Positions 18,410-28,164 of a stretch of DNA of 64,000 nt are shown here, piece after piece. The DNA is from a virus: IMG/VR virus record IMGVR_UViG_3300021957_000004; one strand, 5' to 3'. The notes beneath the pieces were generated by a model. That model saw only the letters and a program-made list of their open reading frames with translations, ran no database searches and was not told where the DNA came from. The position numbers were made by a program, and so were the translations under genes. Each line of letters opens with the position of its first letter. Positions within the stretch are counted from its first letter, which is position 1.

Positions 18410-19065
18410 TGATAGAATATGATCCAATAGAAATCAATACTGATTTAGAACAACACACAAAAAAGACTGGTAGGTATTATACCGATCCAGATGGTAATAG
18501 ATATTATTCTGTTACAACAGTATTATCCATATTAAATAAAGCAGCTATAATGGCATGGCGCAAGCGCGTAGGAAACGAAGAAGCAAATCGTATATCTTCG
18601 CAAGCTGCTACTCGTGGTACAAAAGTACACGATATGATAGAAAAATATATTGTAGGAGAAGATTTTGCTAAGGATAATTTAGTAGCATTATCTAACTTTA
18701 AAGATATACAACCTATTATAGATAAGAATTTAACAAAAATCCATGCAGTCGAAGCAAGGTTATTCTCTAAGCATTTAGGGTTAGCTGGAACAGTAGATTG
18801 TGTAGGTATTTGGGATGGCAAACTTAGCATTATTGATTGGAAAACATCCAAGAAATTTAAAAAGAAAGAGTGGTGCGAAAACTACTTTATGCAAGCTTCC
18901 GCGTATGCAATTATGTGGGAAGAAAGAACTGGTATACCTATTACTAATTTGGTAGTAGCAATTGCTGGTGACGAAGGTACTCAGATCTTTATTGAACATA
19001 GAGATGACTGGGATAAAAAATTAATTGAAACTATAACAGAATATAATAGGAGAAAAAACAAATGA
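18409..19065 (+). CDS. PD-(D/E)XK exonuclease
   Basis: YSVTTVL, RGTKVH, AGTVDC, IIDWKTS, YFMQASAY. Confidence 0.88.
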   Translation: MIEYDPIEINTDLEQHTKKTGRYYTDPDGNRYYSVTTVLSILNKAAIMAWRKRVGNEEANRISSQAATRGTKVHDMIEKYIVGEDFAKDNLVALSNFKDIQPIIDKNLTKIHAVEARLFSKHLGLAGTVDCVGIWDGKLSIIDWKTSKKFKKKEWCENYFMQASAYAIMWEERTGIPITNLVVAIAGDEGTQIFIEHRDDWDKKLIETITEYNRRKNK

Positions 19066-19565
19066 TAGGAGTAAACGAAACGTTCCCGACATTCCATATG
19101 AATGGAGTAGAAGGAGAAGAAATAGTAACAAGAAATAGTTCCGACTATACTGGATGGAGAGTATTTTACTTTTACCCAAAAGACTTTACCTTTATTTGTC
19201 CGACAGAGATCTGTGCAATGGATAAATTACTTGGAGAAGCTATCGTGGTAGGATTTAGTGGAGACAATGAATTCTGTAAAAAAGCTTGGAAAGAATCTAA
19301 CGAAGCGTTAGGTAATATCAGACATCCACTATTAGCAGATTGCGGATTAAAATTATCCCATGAACTAGGTATAGTAGACTTTGGAGCACTTGCATCTTTA
19401 AGAGCAACATACATTGTTGACCCAGAAGACAAGATCCAACATGTATCAGTAAATGCATTAGATACAGGAAGAAATGCAGATGAGGTTTTAAGAACTGTAC
19501 AAGGTCTTAAAGCTGGCGGTTTAACAGGTTGCTCGTGGAATCCGGGTGACGATTTTGTGGTATAA
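19062..19565 (+). CDS. ahpC: Peroxiredoxin (AhpC/TSA family)
   Basis: FYPKDFTFICPTEI, RATYIVDP, GRNADEVLR. Confidence 0.9.
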   Translation: MIGVNETFPTFHMNGVEGEEIVTRNSSDYTGWRVFYFYPKDFTFICPTEICAMDKLLGEAIVVGFSGDNEFCKKAWKESNEALGNIRHPLLADCGLKLSHELGIVDFGALASLRATYIVDPEDKIQHVSVNALDTGRNADEVLRTVQGLKAGGLTGCSWNPGDDFVV

Positions 19566-19568
19566 AAT

Positions 19569-19778
19569 ATGGTAAATTACACAGGACCTTTATTAGAAGC
19601 TTTGATTGTAAAATTAGAAGGCGATATCGCAGTAGCAAAGGCTAACATTAATGTTTACAAAAGAAATGCTGCCGGCATCGGTGAGCATTCAGGTATAGTA
19701 GAATCTTTAGAGATAGAGATAGCTAAAATTGCTGAAGCAGATGATAAAATTGAAACAATAAGAAAACATTTTATATAA
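19569..19778 (+). CDS. Conserved hypothetical protein
   Basis: GIGEHSGI.E...E..KIAE motif. Confidence 0.65.
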   Translation: MVNYTGPLLEALIVKLEGDIAVAKANINVYKRNAAGIGEHSGIVESLEIEIAKIAEADDKIETIRKHFI

Positions 19779-19814
19779 ATAGTAGTTTACAAACCACTAA
19801 AACTGTGGTATAAT
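19774..19814 (+). promoter_or_regulatory. Tandem late (TATAAATA 19774) and early (TTTACA 19786/TATAAT 19809) promoters
   Basis: Both consensus elements exact. Confidence 0.75.
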
Positions 19815-19820
19815 ACTACT

Positions 19821-20417
19821 ATGATAAACTTTAAAACATATCTGTCGGAAGCGTCTAATAAAGGTTTAACGATCTTTGATATTGATGACACTATGTTTAA
19901 GACAAAAGCTAGAGTTAAGGTTATGCCTTCTGGCAAAGTTCTTACCCCAAAACAATTTAACACTTATAAATTAGGTAAAGGCGAAGAGTTTGACTTTGGT
20001 GAATTTAAATCAGCAGAGTTATTTAAACAAACTGCTGTGCCAATTGGTAAGATGATTAATAAGTTTAATGCTATTCTGAAAAACGCTGTTAGATCAGGAT
20101 CAAAAGTTATCATAGTAACTGCTCGTGCAGATATGGACGACAAGAAACTTTTCCTAGATACATTTAGATCTCATGGGATAGATATTGATAAAGCACATAT
20201 TATTCGAGCAGGTAATCTAGGTATGAAATCAAGTGCTGCAGCCAAAGCACAAGTATTCAAACAATTTCTAGACACAAATGAATACAGTAGAATTAGGCTA
20301 TTTGATGATGATAAGAGTAACTTAAAAGCATTGTTATCTCTCAAAAGCGATTATAACGACATAGAGTTTGAAGCTTGGCTAGCGAATGACAAAGGTCAAA
20401 TTAAAAAGGTGAGATAG
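19821..20417 (+). CDS. HAD-superfamily phosphatase-like protein
   Basis: FDIDDT motif I, VTAR motif II, K, FDDD motif IV. Confidence 0.8.
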   Translation: MINFKTYLSEASNKGLTIFDIDDTMFKTKARVKVMPSGKVLTPKQFNTYKLGKGEEFDFGEFKSAELFKQTAVPIGKMINKFNAILKNAVRSGSKVIIVTARADMDDKKLFLDTFRSHGIDIDKAHIIRAGNLGMKSSAAAKAQVFKQFLDTNEYSRIRLFDDDKSNLKALLSLKSDYNDIEFEAWLANDKGQIKKVR

Positions 20418-20418
20418 T

Positions 20419-20631
20419 ATGCCCATTAAATTTAAAGAATCCCAAACAGTAAGGGATAGAAACACTGGTAAGTTAACAACAACAAATTACTGGATGAAAG
20501 GTATTTCGAAAGAAGAGTTATTTGAATATATCAATAACGACAACGGAAGAAATAAAATTAAACAAAAGTGTAGAAACGAATTAGTTCGTAGAGGTGTTGA
20601 AATAGTATATGTCCCGAAAGAAGGAATATGA
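20419..20631 (+). CDS. Hypothetical protein
   Basis: KIKQKCRNELVRRG; AGGTG RBS. Confidence 0.6.
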   Translation: MPIKFKESQTVRDRNTGKLTTTNYWMKGISKEELFEYINNDNGRNKIKQKCRNELVRRGVEIVYVPKEGI

Positions 20632-20715
20632 TTGGATGCTTAAACCTATTAGCGCAAGAGCTAAAAGAATTCGTGACGTTTCTAAAAAGGTAGATGCGTA
20701 TAGAGCAGGTGTAAG

Positions 20716-20946
20716 ATGAGTATTAATAAAAGTAATTGGCATGGTGGAAAGGGTTCCAAAAGAAGAAACTCTAATGAATCCGCGTATGCTGACAATTGGG
20801 AAAAAATCTTTGGTAAAAAGAAGCCAGAAATAAAAGCTAGAAAGACTCAACCCGAGCATTCAAAAACCCAAGTACATAAAGATAAGTCAAAACAGCTCCC
20901 TAGAAAGTATAAATATAACCATATAGAGGATAGCATAAGTACATGA
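20716..20946 (+). CDS. Small basic hypothetical protein
   Basis: GGKGSKRR...YADNWEKIFGK. Confidence 0.6.
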   Translation: MSINKSNWHGGKGSKRRNSNESAYADNWEKIFGKKKPEIKARKTQPEHSKTQVHKDKSKQLPRKYKYNHIEDSIST

Positions 20947-21209
20947 GTATAGACATAGATAAGTTTGATTTTGGGTTTACTGCAGTAGATGAATCTGAAT
21001 TAGAAGCGGTACAAAAAACTACTGCTAAATTAGAATCATCAGATAGTGAATCAGCCGCGTTAGAGGACAAATTAAATAAACTCTATAATGCTATATTACC
21101 TTTATTAAGTAATTTAAAAATGAATCCAGAAAAAGAATATATACTTTGGCCGAATAGGGTAGAAAAAGTAGAAGAATTCGAAGACATGATATCGGAGATA
21201 ATTAAATAA
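20943..21209 (+). CDS. Conserved hypothetical protein
   Basis: FDFGFTAVDE...LLSNLKMNPEKEYILWPNR; late TATAAATA at 20908. Confidence 0.7.
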   Translation: MSIDIDKFDFGFTAVDESELEAVQKTTAKLESSDSESAALEDKLNKLYNAILPLLSNLKMNPEKEYILWPNRVEKVEEFEDMISEIIK

Positions 21210-21958
21210 TGCCACAAGTACCAACTACTAATATTTCAATGTCAGCTATTAATGCTGAGCAAGCTGGGGTTGATAGTACTAATTTAAGAGTATTATCGAC
21301 TACTGGCGCTATAACTACAGGGCAAGCGATTGCTACTCTTGATGGTACAGCACCGCATAGCATGAATGAGTTTGCTGGATATTTACATACCTCTATAGGT
21401 AGTTTCCCAAGCTTAAACGACTGGGATACAAATAACATCCGTCAAGTTTCTTCTGGTGGTTATGATAATGCACAAACTTTTTGTTCAATATCCTTTAATA
21501 ACGAACAGTCGAACAATAGGGTTAAAGTAACATATTACGGCGGAACAAATGCATCCATTGCAACCACATATACTAAATATATAGACTATACTGGGTATAC
21601 AGGAACTATTAAAGTACAATATAATAGCACTGGTTCTTTTCTTGGTAATCCTGGTACTTCTTACTATTATCCACCTTTTGGGTGGCCTGGTCATGCAAGT
21701 AATAGCACAACCATCTCTTATACTAATTCCGGGGCTAAAAAGAATCAAGCGACTGATTATGATATACCAACAAGTGGAGACGTTCAATTTAAATGGCTAG
21801 TGGTAACAAATGCTACGCGAAACCAAAGCCAACAAAGATACACAACGCATAATGGCGTAACTTTTAAAGTTAGTTTTACATCTGGTGGAGATGTTTATGA
21901 CACTACTTCGGGTTCAAAAAACATTACGAATAATGCCATTAAAGGTATGCAGCTTTAA
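21209..21958 (+). CDS. Putative virion structural protein
   Basis: ISMSAINAE...SMNEFAGY N-terminal module; T/S/G/N-rich. Confidence 0.5.
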   Translation: MPQVPTTNISMSAINAEQAGVDSTNLRVLSTTGAITTGQAIATLDGTAPHSMNEFAGYLHTSIGSFPSLNDWDTNNIRQVSSGGYDNAQTFCSISFNNEQSNNRVKVTYYGGTNASIATTYTKYIDYTGYTGTIKVQYNSTGSFLGNPGTSYYYPPFGWPGHASNSTTISYTNSGAKKNQATDYDIPTSGDVQFKWLVVTNATRNQSQQRYTTHNGVTFKVSFTSGGDVYDTTSGSKNITNNAIKGMQL

Positions 21959-21998
21959 TACGTATAAATAAATGGTAAACATAAAAGAGGATTTAAAA

Positions 21999-22439
21999 TT
22001 GGATATTAATAAATTAAGAGAACAACTCATCATAGATGAAGGACAAGTGAATGAAATATATAATGATCACCTTGGTTATCCTACATTCGGCATTGGCCAT
22101 CTCGTCTTGGAAGGAGACGCAGAACATGGGGCTTCGGTTGGCACTCCAGTCACAGAAGAACGTGTTAAAGCATGTTTTGAAAAAGACGTAGAAACAGTAA
22201 TTGGAGATTGTAAAATATTACATGATGCTTGGGATGGATATCCTGAAGAAGCTAAACAAGTAATAGCTAACATGATGTTCAATATGGGTAGAACAAGGTT
22301 AAGTAAATTTAAAAAACATAATACCGCACTGCAAAGTGGGGATTGGAAAACAGCCGCTGCAGAAGGAAGAGATTCCAGATGGTATAAACAAGTGACAAAT
22401 CGAGCAGAACGATTAATGTCAAGATTAGAGGAAATATAA
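21999..22439 (+). CDS. Phage lysozyme (T4 gpe-like, GH24)
   Basis: DEG...IYNDHLGYPTFGIGHL, NMMFNMG, SRWYKQV.NRA.RL; TTG start after GAGG; TATAAATA at 21963. Confidence 0.92.
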   Translation: MDINKLREQLIIDEGQVNEIYNDHLGYPTFGIGHLVLEGDAEHGASVGTPVTEERVKACFEKDVETVIGDCKILHDAWDGYPEEAKQVIANMMFNMGRTRLSKFKKHNTALQSGDWKTAAAEGRDSRWYKQVTNRAERLMSRLEEI

Positions 22440-22440
22440 A

Positions 22441-22692
22441 ATGTCAGTACTAAGATTATTAGGATCAGAAGGCAATTTAGGTTCAGCATCTAATGTAGGT
22501 TTTGCTAAGTTAGTAAGAGTACTAAATAACAAAACATCTGTACAAGTTATCACACATAAAAACGCTGGTGGTACTACACTAGCTACAGTTACTTTAGCAG
22601 CCGGAGAAGTTGCTATGATAGCAAAGTCCGGATCAGATACATTAACAGGCGCAGCAACTTCACTAGCAGTTAGTGTTGGGTTTGCCAATTAA
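22441..22692 (+). CDS. Small hypothetical protein, possibly virion-associated
   Basis: GAGGA RBS; beta-strand-like A/S/T/G/V composition. Confidence 0.55.
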   Translation: MSVLRLLGSEGNLGSASNVGFAKLVRVLNNKTSVQVITHKNAGGTTLATVTLAAGEVAMIAKSGSDTLTGAATSLAVSVGFAN

Positions 22693-22697
22693 GAAAA

Positions 22698-23132
22698 ATG
22701 GCTTACTCAAGTAAGGTAGTAGATCGATTCGAAGATGTACTAAAGAATCCTGCCAAACATGGTGTTGGTAGATTCGACCCCAACGATCCAAATGTTGTAA
22801 CCGGTATGACTGGTGCTCCAGCATGCGGCGATGTTATGAAGTTGGATCTTAAATTAAATCCAGACACAGAAGAAATACTAGATGTTAAATTTAAAACATA
22901 TGGGTGTGGAAGTGCAATTGCATCATCTACACTTTTTGTTGAAATGCTTAAAGGTAAAACAATTGCAGAAGCAAAACTTATTAAAGATAAAGACATTGCA
23001 GCAGCACTTGAATTACCTCCAATCAAACTCCACTGTTCTGTATTAGCAGAAGATTCAATTAGACAAGCAATTACTAAATGGGAAGAAAAAGTTTCTCATC
23101 GTAAACACAATCAACATGATAGATCTAACTGA
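22698..23132 (+). CDS. iscU: Fe-S cluster scaffold IscU
   Basis: GAPACGDVM, FKTYGCGSAIASS, LPPIKLHCSVLAED. Confidence 0.95.
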   Translation: MAYSSKVVDRFEDVLKNPAKHGVGRFDPNDPNVVTGMTGAPACGDVMKLDLKLNPDTEEILDVKFKTYGCGSAIASSTLFVEMLKGKTIAEAKLIKDKDIAAALELPPIKLHCSVLAEDSIRQAITKWEEKVSHRKHNQHDRSN

Positions 23133-23433
23133 TGCTGCGATCAGTCAGGCGATTAGCCAAACGGAGAATAATGGCAACGATACTATTCGAGTTGGCATTA
23201 CTGGCGGCGGGTGTACTGGTTATAAGTATGTTATCCGTTTCGCTGGCTCTATTCATTCAACAGATCACATCCTAGATTACGGCAAGTTTTCTATAGTAAT
23301 AGATGAGGATTCTCTTCCTCTTTTAAAAGGTTCTACTCTTGACTATGTTCAGGAAGGACTTAATCAATCATATAAGATAATCAATCCCCAAGAAACTGCA
23401 TCCTGCGGTTGCGGTGTTAGTATTTCATTCTAG
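23116..23433 (+). CDS. iscA: A-type Fe-S carrier IscA/HesB
   Basis: GGGCTGYKY, GSTLDY, NP...SCGCGVS. Confidence 0.92.
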   Translation: MIDLTDAAISQAISQTENNGNDTIRVGITGGGCTGYKYVIRFAGSIHSTDHILDYGKFSIVIDEDSLPLLKGSTLDYVQEGLNQSYKIINPQETASCGCGVSISF

Positions 23434-23445
23434 CACTTTAAATTA

Positions 23446-23453
23446 TATAAATA
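23446..23453 (+). promoter_or_regulatory. Late promoter driving the curli-type operon
   Basis: TATAAATA, then ATG 5 nt downstream. Confidence 0.7.
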
Positions 23454-23458
23454 GATAC

Positions 23459-23752
23459 ATGGAAATATTTGAACTGATTATGGAAGTAGGTGCACCTGTT
23501 GCAGGCGCATTACTTATGGGTTATTTTATATTCCTAATATTAAAACAGATATTAGGTGGCTTGGTTGATTCGATTGCGACTTTAACTATGTTCTGTAAGA
23601 GCTTAGAAACAAGAGTTACAACAATGAACAACGAGATGATTAAAATAGATCTATTAGTAAGTAGTGCATTAGAGCTTACTCCACCTGTCGATAGAGTTGC
23701 TAGAGCAAGTAACTTTGTTGAAGATGGCAAAATAGACGCAAGGAGAGATTAA
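23459..23752 (+). CDS. Membrane protein (first of a paralogous-looking pair)
   Basis: VGAPVAGALLMGYFIFLIL TM then coiled coil; start placed at MEIFELI. Confidence 0.7.
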   Translation: MEIFELIMEVGAPVAGALLMGYFIFLILKQILGGLVDSIATLTMFCKSLETRVTTMNNEMIKIDLLVSSALELTPPVDRVARASNFVEDGKIDARRD

Positions 23753-23753
23753 A

Positions 23754-24068
23754 ATGGAAGAGGTAGCTTTAGTTACTAGTAGCGATCCAACCATAGTATC
23801 ACTTATTAATGATTATGGTTTTCCAATCGTACTTGCTGTCGGAATGGGATATTTTATCTACTACGTATGGCAATTTATTTCCAATGAACTGGAACCTGAA
23901 ATAGAAAAAATGCACTTTGCATTAATCAGGTTAATTGATCAGGTAAGAATGCTTGATCAAGATATGATTAGATTACAGCAAAAAGTAAATGTTGTTCTCG
24001 AATATAGGGAAAGACAAAAATTCCTAGAAGAAGCAGAAGGAAAAATAAAGAATGAAGAAACCACCTAG
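23754..24068 (+). CDS. Membrane protein (second of the pair)
   Basis: YGFPIVLAVGMGYFIYYVW TM then coiled coil. Confidence 0.7.
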   Translation: MEEVALVTSSDPTIVSLINDYGFPIVLAVGMGYFIYYVWQFISNELEPEIEKMHFALIRLIDQVRMLDQDMIRLQQKVNVVLEYRERQKFLEEAEGKIKNEETT

Positions 24069-24618
24069 CGCAGGAATGAATCCCTGGTTATTAACCGGAG
24101 TTATGTTTGTAGCAATCTTGCTACTTTCTTCTGTCAATATAAAGGCAGATGAGCTTGTACACGAATTTAAGAATCCGTCCTTTTCGGGGATTGGAAGTTC
24201 TGCCCATTACCTAACAGTAGAGAACCAAGAGAAATCTAGAAGAGATGCTATCAAAAAAGATATAGAAGCAGCTCTAAAACAGGCAGAAAGAGATGCAGAG
24301 AATACCACACTTGCTAAATTTATGCGTAACCTCGAAAGTAGGATTTACGCACAACTATCTAAACAACTGGTAGAAGAGTTATTTAAAACATGTTCAGTAG
24401 AAGCAGTAGCAGCTGGAACTTGTTCAGAAACAACATTCGGTAGTTTTGTATTAGAAGGTAATACAATAACATATCAAAAAACAATGTGTGATGCATCCCT
24501 TTGGGCTTGTACTCAAGGAGATGATGTTATTGTTATGACAATCGTGGCAGAAGATGGAACAGAAACTCAAATAGTAATACCAATAGGTGCGGGGACAGTA
24601 GGCAGTGGAGATGGTTAG
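24052..24618 (+). CDS. csgF: Curli assembly component CsgF-like
   Basis: Signal peptide then ELVHEFKNPSFSG, the CsgF N-terminal motif; C-terminal TETQIVIP. Confidence 0.8.
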   Translation: MKKPPSAGMNPWLLTGVMFVAILLLSSVNIKADELVHEFKNPSFSGIGSSAHYLTVENQEKSRRDAIKKDIEAALKQAERDAENTTLAKFMRNLESRIYAQLSKQLVEELFKTCSVEAVAAGTCSETTFGSFVLEGNTITYQKTMCDASLWACTQGDDVIVMTIVAEDGTETQIVIPIGAGTVGSGDG

Positions 24619-25576
24619 AAATCTATTTTTAATATCATTACTTGGCTTACTTGCCAGTTGTGCCTCTGTTGTACCTCCAGGAGGATTAAAATCTACTGGT
24701 TGCAATCCTAATTTAAATTTACAATGTGTAGAAGAACCACAAGTGGTTGAAATGCCTACACATAAAGAATTAAGAAGTTTACCGTCACCAGCTAAACCGG
24801 TTGTTGTAGCTGTATATCAATATATGGACAAGACTGGGCAAAGAAAACAGAAAGGTAATGCAGCAATGTTTAGTACTGCAGTATCACAGGGCGGTGAAAC
24901 AATGCTAATCGATGCATTGAAAAGTGCTGGTGAAGGAACGTGGTTTAGAGTGGTAGAAAGAGTAGGATTAGATCACCTTACTCGAGAACGACAGATCGTT
25001 CGTACTACTAGAGAACAGTATAACACTGATGGAAAAGATGAAACAGGTCTTGCTCCATTATTGTTCGCTGGAATTATTCTTGAAGGCGGTATCATAGGTT
25101 TTGATACTAATATTGAGACAGGAGGAATAGGAGCTAGAACGCTTGGTGTTGGTTACTCACAACAATACCGAAGAGATATAGTTACAGTATCCCTCCGAGC
25201 AGTGAGTACTTTAACTGGAGAAATCCTATTAAATGTACAGACATCAAAAACTATTCTGTCGATCGCAGATGGTTATGATGTATTTAAATTCGTTGACTTA
25301 GATACCCAATTGATAGAGATCGAAGATGGTATGACAGAAAACGAATCAGTAACACGGTCGCTTCGCTCAACAATTGAAGCAGCTGTGTTGGAAATAATCT
25401 ATCAGGGAGATGAACGAGGATTCTGGGAAATCAATTGGCCAGTAAATAAAATAATAGAAGGTAAAGTTGGTGAGATTATCGACGAAGCTGAAATTATTCT
25501 TACTAAGCCTATTGAAAAATCAGATCTACCTATTGAAGTTCCTACTCCTGATAATATAGAGGAAATAAGAGGATGA
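24605..25576 (+). CDS. csgG: Curli secretion channel CsgG-like lipoprotein
   Basis: Lipobox LLASC; AVYQYMDKTGQRK, FSTAVSQG, WFRVVER, LTRERQIVR, EGGIIGFDTN, VSLRAVS..TGEIL. Confidence 0.92.
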   Translation: MEMVRNLFLISLLGLLASCASVVPPGGLKSTGCNPNLNLQCVEEPQVVEMPTHKELRSLPSPAKPVVVAVYQYMDKTGQRKQKGNAAMFSTAVSQGGETMLIDALKSAGEGTWFRVVERVGLDHLTRERQIVRTTREQYNTDGKDETGLAPLLFAGIILEGGIIGFDTNIETGGIGARTLGVGYSQQYRRDIVTVSLRAVSTLTGEILLNVQTSKTILSIADGYDVFKFVDLDTQLIEIEDGMTENESVTRSLRSTIEAAVLEIIYQGDERGFWEINWPVNKIIEGKVGEIIDEAEIILTKPIEKSDLPIEVPTPDNIEEIRG

Positions 25577-26301
25577 AAATGTTTAAAAGATATATCGCAT
25601 TTTTAATTTTATTATGCCCTGTGGTTTTATTTGCCGGAGTAAACGATAACGAAGTTAAGCTTGACCAGGCTGGTGACACACTTAAATTATACATTGACCA
25701 AATAGGTTATGGTAATAAGATTTGTGGAACTATTTCATCTGGAGCTTGTGCTAGTGATTGGACACTAACCGGTAATACCGTAACAATGGATATTGATATG
25801 ATTGGTAATCTAAACCAAATCTTCGGTCCAACCTTATTTGATAGTACTGATGTTGACTTAAAGTTAACTGGTAATAGCAATATATGGGATTGGAACGTAG
25901 GCTATGGTGGAAGTGCTGATAGTTCAACATTAGATGTAGACATTACTGGAAACTCAAATACATTCGATATAGACTGGGCTTATTCAGCTTCAGCCGAAAG
26001 ATTGGATTTTGATTTAGATATTACTGGTAGTTCAAACGTCTGGAATATTGATATTGAAAACGATGATGCAACTTGGAATGTTGATGTTGTAGGAAGTTCG
26101 AATAACTTCTTAACAACCCAATCCGATGGTGCTTATAATTCAATCACTATGGAATACATAGGTTCGAATGGAGACATCGATATATTACAATCTTCAGGTA
26201 CATGCCCAACGGGTATATCTGGATGTTACGGAGTTATAAATGCAGATTTTGATTCAGAGAATGCAATTATTGACATTAAGCAAAAAGATACTGGCGACTA
26301 G
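25573..26301 (+). CDS. Secreted curlin-like beta-solenoid protein
   Basis: Signal peptide; repeats LTGNSN, ITGNSN, ITGSSN, VVGSSN, YIGSNG; next to csgG. Confidence 0.65.
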   Translation: MKMFKRYIAFLILLCPVVLFAGVNDNEVKLDQAGDTLKLYIDQIGYGNKICGTISSGACASDWTLTGNTVTMDIDMIGNLNQIFGPTLFDSTDVDLKLTGNSNIWDWNVGYGGSADSSTLDVDITGNSNTFDIDWAYSASAERLDFDLDITGSSNVWNIDIENDDATWNVDVVGSSNNFLTTQSDGAYNSITMEYIGSNGDIDILQSSGTCPTGISGCYGVINADFDSENAIIDIKQKDTGD

Positions 26302-27403
26302 TTTATTAGTTAGTTCTTTTGCTTTTGCAGATAATATTGGTGATATAACAGAACACAAGGGCAGTGGTGGGATTACTCGCGAAGGTGAGAGCTTTACCAC
26401 TGAACTTGGACTAGGTGTTCAACAACTGGACGCAATTGAAACGGCTAAAGGTCGGATTAAATTGACATTCCTAGATGATACAGTATTAAGGTTAGTAGAA
26501 CACACAGAGGTTATACTAACTGAATACTATTTTGATCCAAATAATACTAAGAAAAATACTCTTGGTATGAAGTTTGTATCAGGTACTGCACGATTCGCTA
26601 CGGGCGGATTAGGATTAGTACCAAAAGAGAATATAGTAATAACAACCCCAACAGCTACCATAGCAGTTAGGGGAACAGATTTTACTACTACTGTGGATGA
26701 ATTAGGCCGAAGTTTAGTTATACTTCTACCGGAAACAGAATGTACAATCGATGGAGATTGTTCACCATCTGGATCTATCACAGTAACAAATGAAGGCGGT
26801 ACAGTAGCTTTAACCGAAGCATACCAAGCAACAATGGTATCAAGCTTTGATAAAATACCTACACAGCCCGTTACATTAGATAATATAAATTTAAATATGA
26901 TAGACAATATGTTTATCGTTTCTCCACCCCAGGAAATAAAAGAGGTGGTAGAAGAAGAAAGTAAAGGCTCAGACACTAGTACTTCTTTACTAGATTTTAC
27001 TGAGCTAGATCAGGATTTATTAAAAGAAGAATGGGAAGAAGAAGATTTAGAATATACTGAACTTGATATGGATCTATTGGATGTAGATTTCTTACAAGAT
27101 GTTTTAGTTGCTATTGAAGAAGTTAATATATTAAAACGTAGTACTCAGTCAGCTAACAATTCATCAGGTACAGCTGATATTCAAGGAACCATTTTAGGCT
27201 TTGATAAAGATACACAATATAATACTATCATAGATCAAGGTATGGGACAGATATGGTTTTATAGAGAGGTGAATGGAATCATTTCTGTAAAAATACCTAT
27301 AGATAGTAACACAACATTAAGGAGCGAGAATGAGGGGAAAGAAAACCTTATCACTGTTGGCGATGGTCAGTCTATCGTTATCGTCATACGTCAAGGCGGG
27401 TGA
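26240..27403 (+). CDS. FecR-domain periplasmic protein
   Basis: Signal peptide; D.IET..GR..LTFLDDT, TPTATIAVRGTDF. Confidence 0.85.
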   Translation: MQILIQRMQLLTLSKKILATSLLVSSFAFADNIGDITEHKGSGGITREGESFTTELGLGVQQLDAIETAKGRIKLTFLDDTVLRLVEHTEVILTEYYFDPNNTKKNTLGMKFVSGTARFATGGLGLVPKENIVITTPTATIAVRGTDFTTTVDELGRSLVILLPETECTIDGDCSPSGSITVTNEGGTVALTEAYQATMVSSFDKIPTQPVTLDNINLNMIDNMFIVSPPQEIKEVVEEESKGSDTSTSLLDFTELDQDLLKEEWEEEDLEYTELDMDLLDVDFLQDVLVAIEEVNILKRSTQSANNSSGTADIQGTILGFDKDTQYNTIIDQGMGQIWFYREVNGIISVKIPIDSNTTLRSENEGKENLITVGDGQSIVIVIRQGG

Positions 27404-28142
27404 TGAACACAACCACGTAGAAATAGACCAAGTTAGTTCTAGTGATAACTTTAACCTGACTATAGAACAGATCGGGTATGAAACCCATGCAAGATTCTCT
27501 TTTGACCACAATAACAATACTGTAAATCTTTTACAATCAGGAAACAATATGTATTTTGGATATTCAGATGCATGGGGTTCTGGTTATAGTTGGGGTGGGG
27601 ATTTAGATGGATTACGTAATGAGATAGATGTAAGACAAAAATGTTCTGTGACTGTTTGTAATGCTAATGATTTCCAATTTCACGTTTGGGGTGATGACAA
27701 TAAAGTCGTATTCGGACAAGGATATGAAAACAATAATAGTACTACACCAAACTGGAATTATGACGGGACAGAGCCAGGTGGAAATTTTGTTAGATTAGAT
27801 ATTCACGGGGACAATAACGAATTTAAGGGAAGTCAAAAGCAGGATACGAATACTATATCCCATTCTATAATAGCAAATATATACACTGATAATAATGATG
27901 TATACGTTAAACAAATGCAAAATGGAAACAAATCATTTACTCTTACAATTAGAAATTCGCATGGTAATGAAGTTGACGTTGTACAGAAAAATGACGGAGC
28001 TCATACAGCAACAGTAAATTTATTAGGATCACAGCCAACAGATTTATCTTTAACACAATCAGGTAGTACAACCCAATCATATACGTTATCCCAAAATTGC
28101 GTGACAGTTGGTGGTTGTAGTATATCAGTAACACAGAATTAG
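27330..28142 (+). CDS. Secreted curlin-like protein
   Basis: Signal peptide; Q-x-G-N-N-like repeats; N/Q/G-rich; ends CVTVGGCSISVTQN. Confidence 0.65.
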   Translation: MRGKKTLSLLAMVSLSLSSYVKAGDEHNHVEIDQVSSSDNFNLTIEQIGYETHARFSFDHNNNTVNLLQSGNNMYFGYSDAWGSGYSWGGDLDGLRNEIDVRQKCSVTVCNANDFQFHVWGDDNKVVFGQGYENNNSTTPNWNYDGTEPGGNFVRLDIHGDNNEFKGSQKQDTNTISHSIIANIYTDNNDVYVKQMQNGNKSFTLTIRNSHGNEVDVVQKNDGAHTATVNLLGSQPTDLSLTQSGSTTQSYTLSQNCVTVGGCSISVTQN

Positions 28143-28164
28143 TATTGCATAGTATAACACTTTT

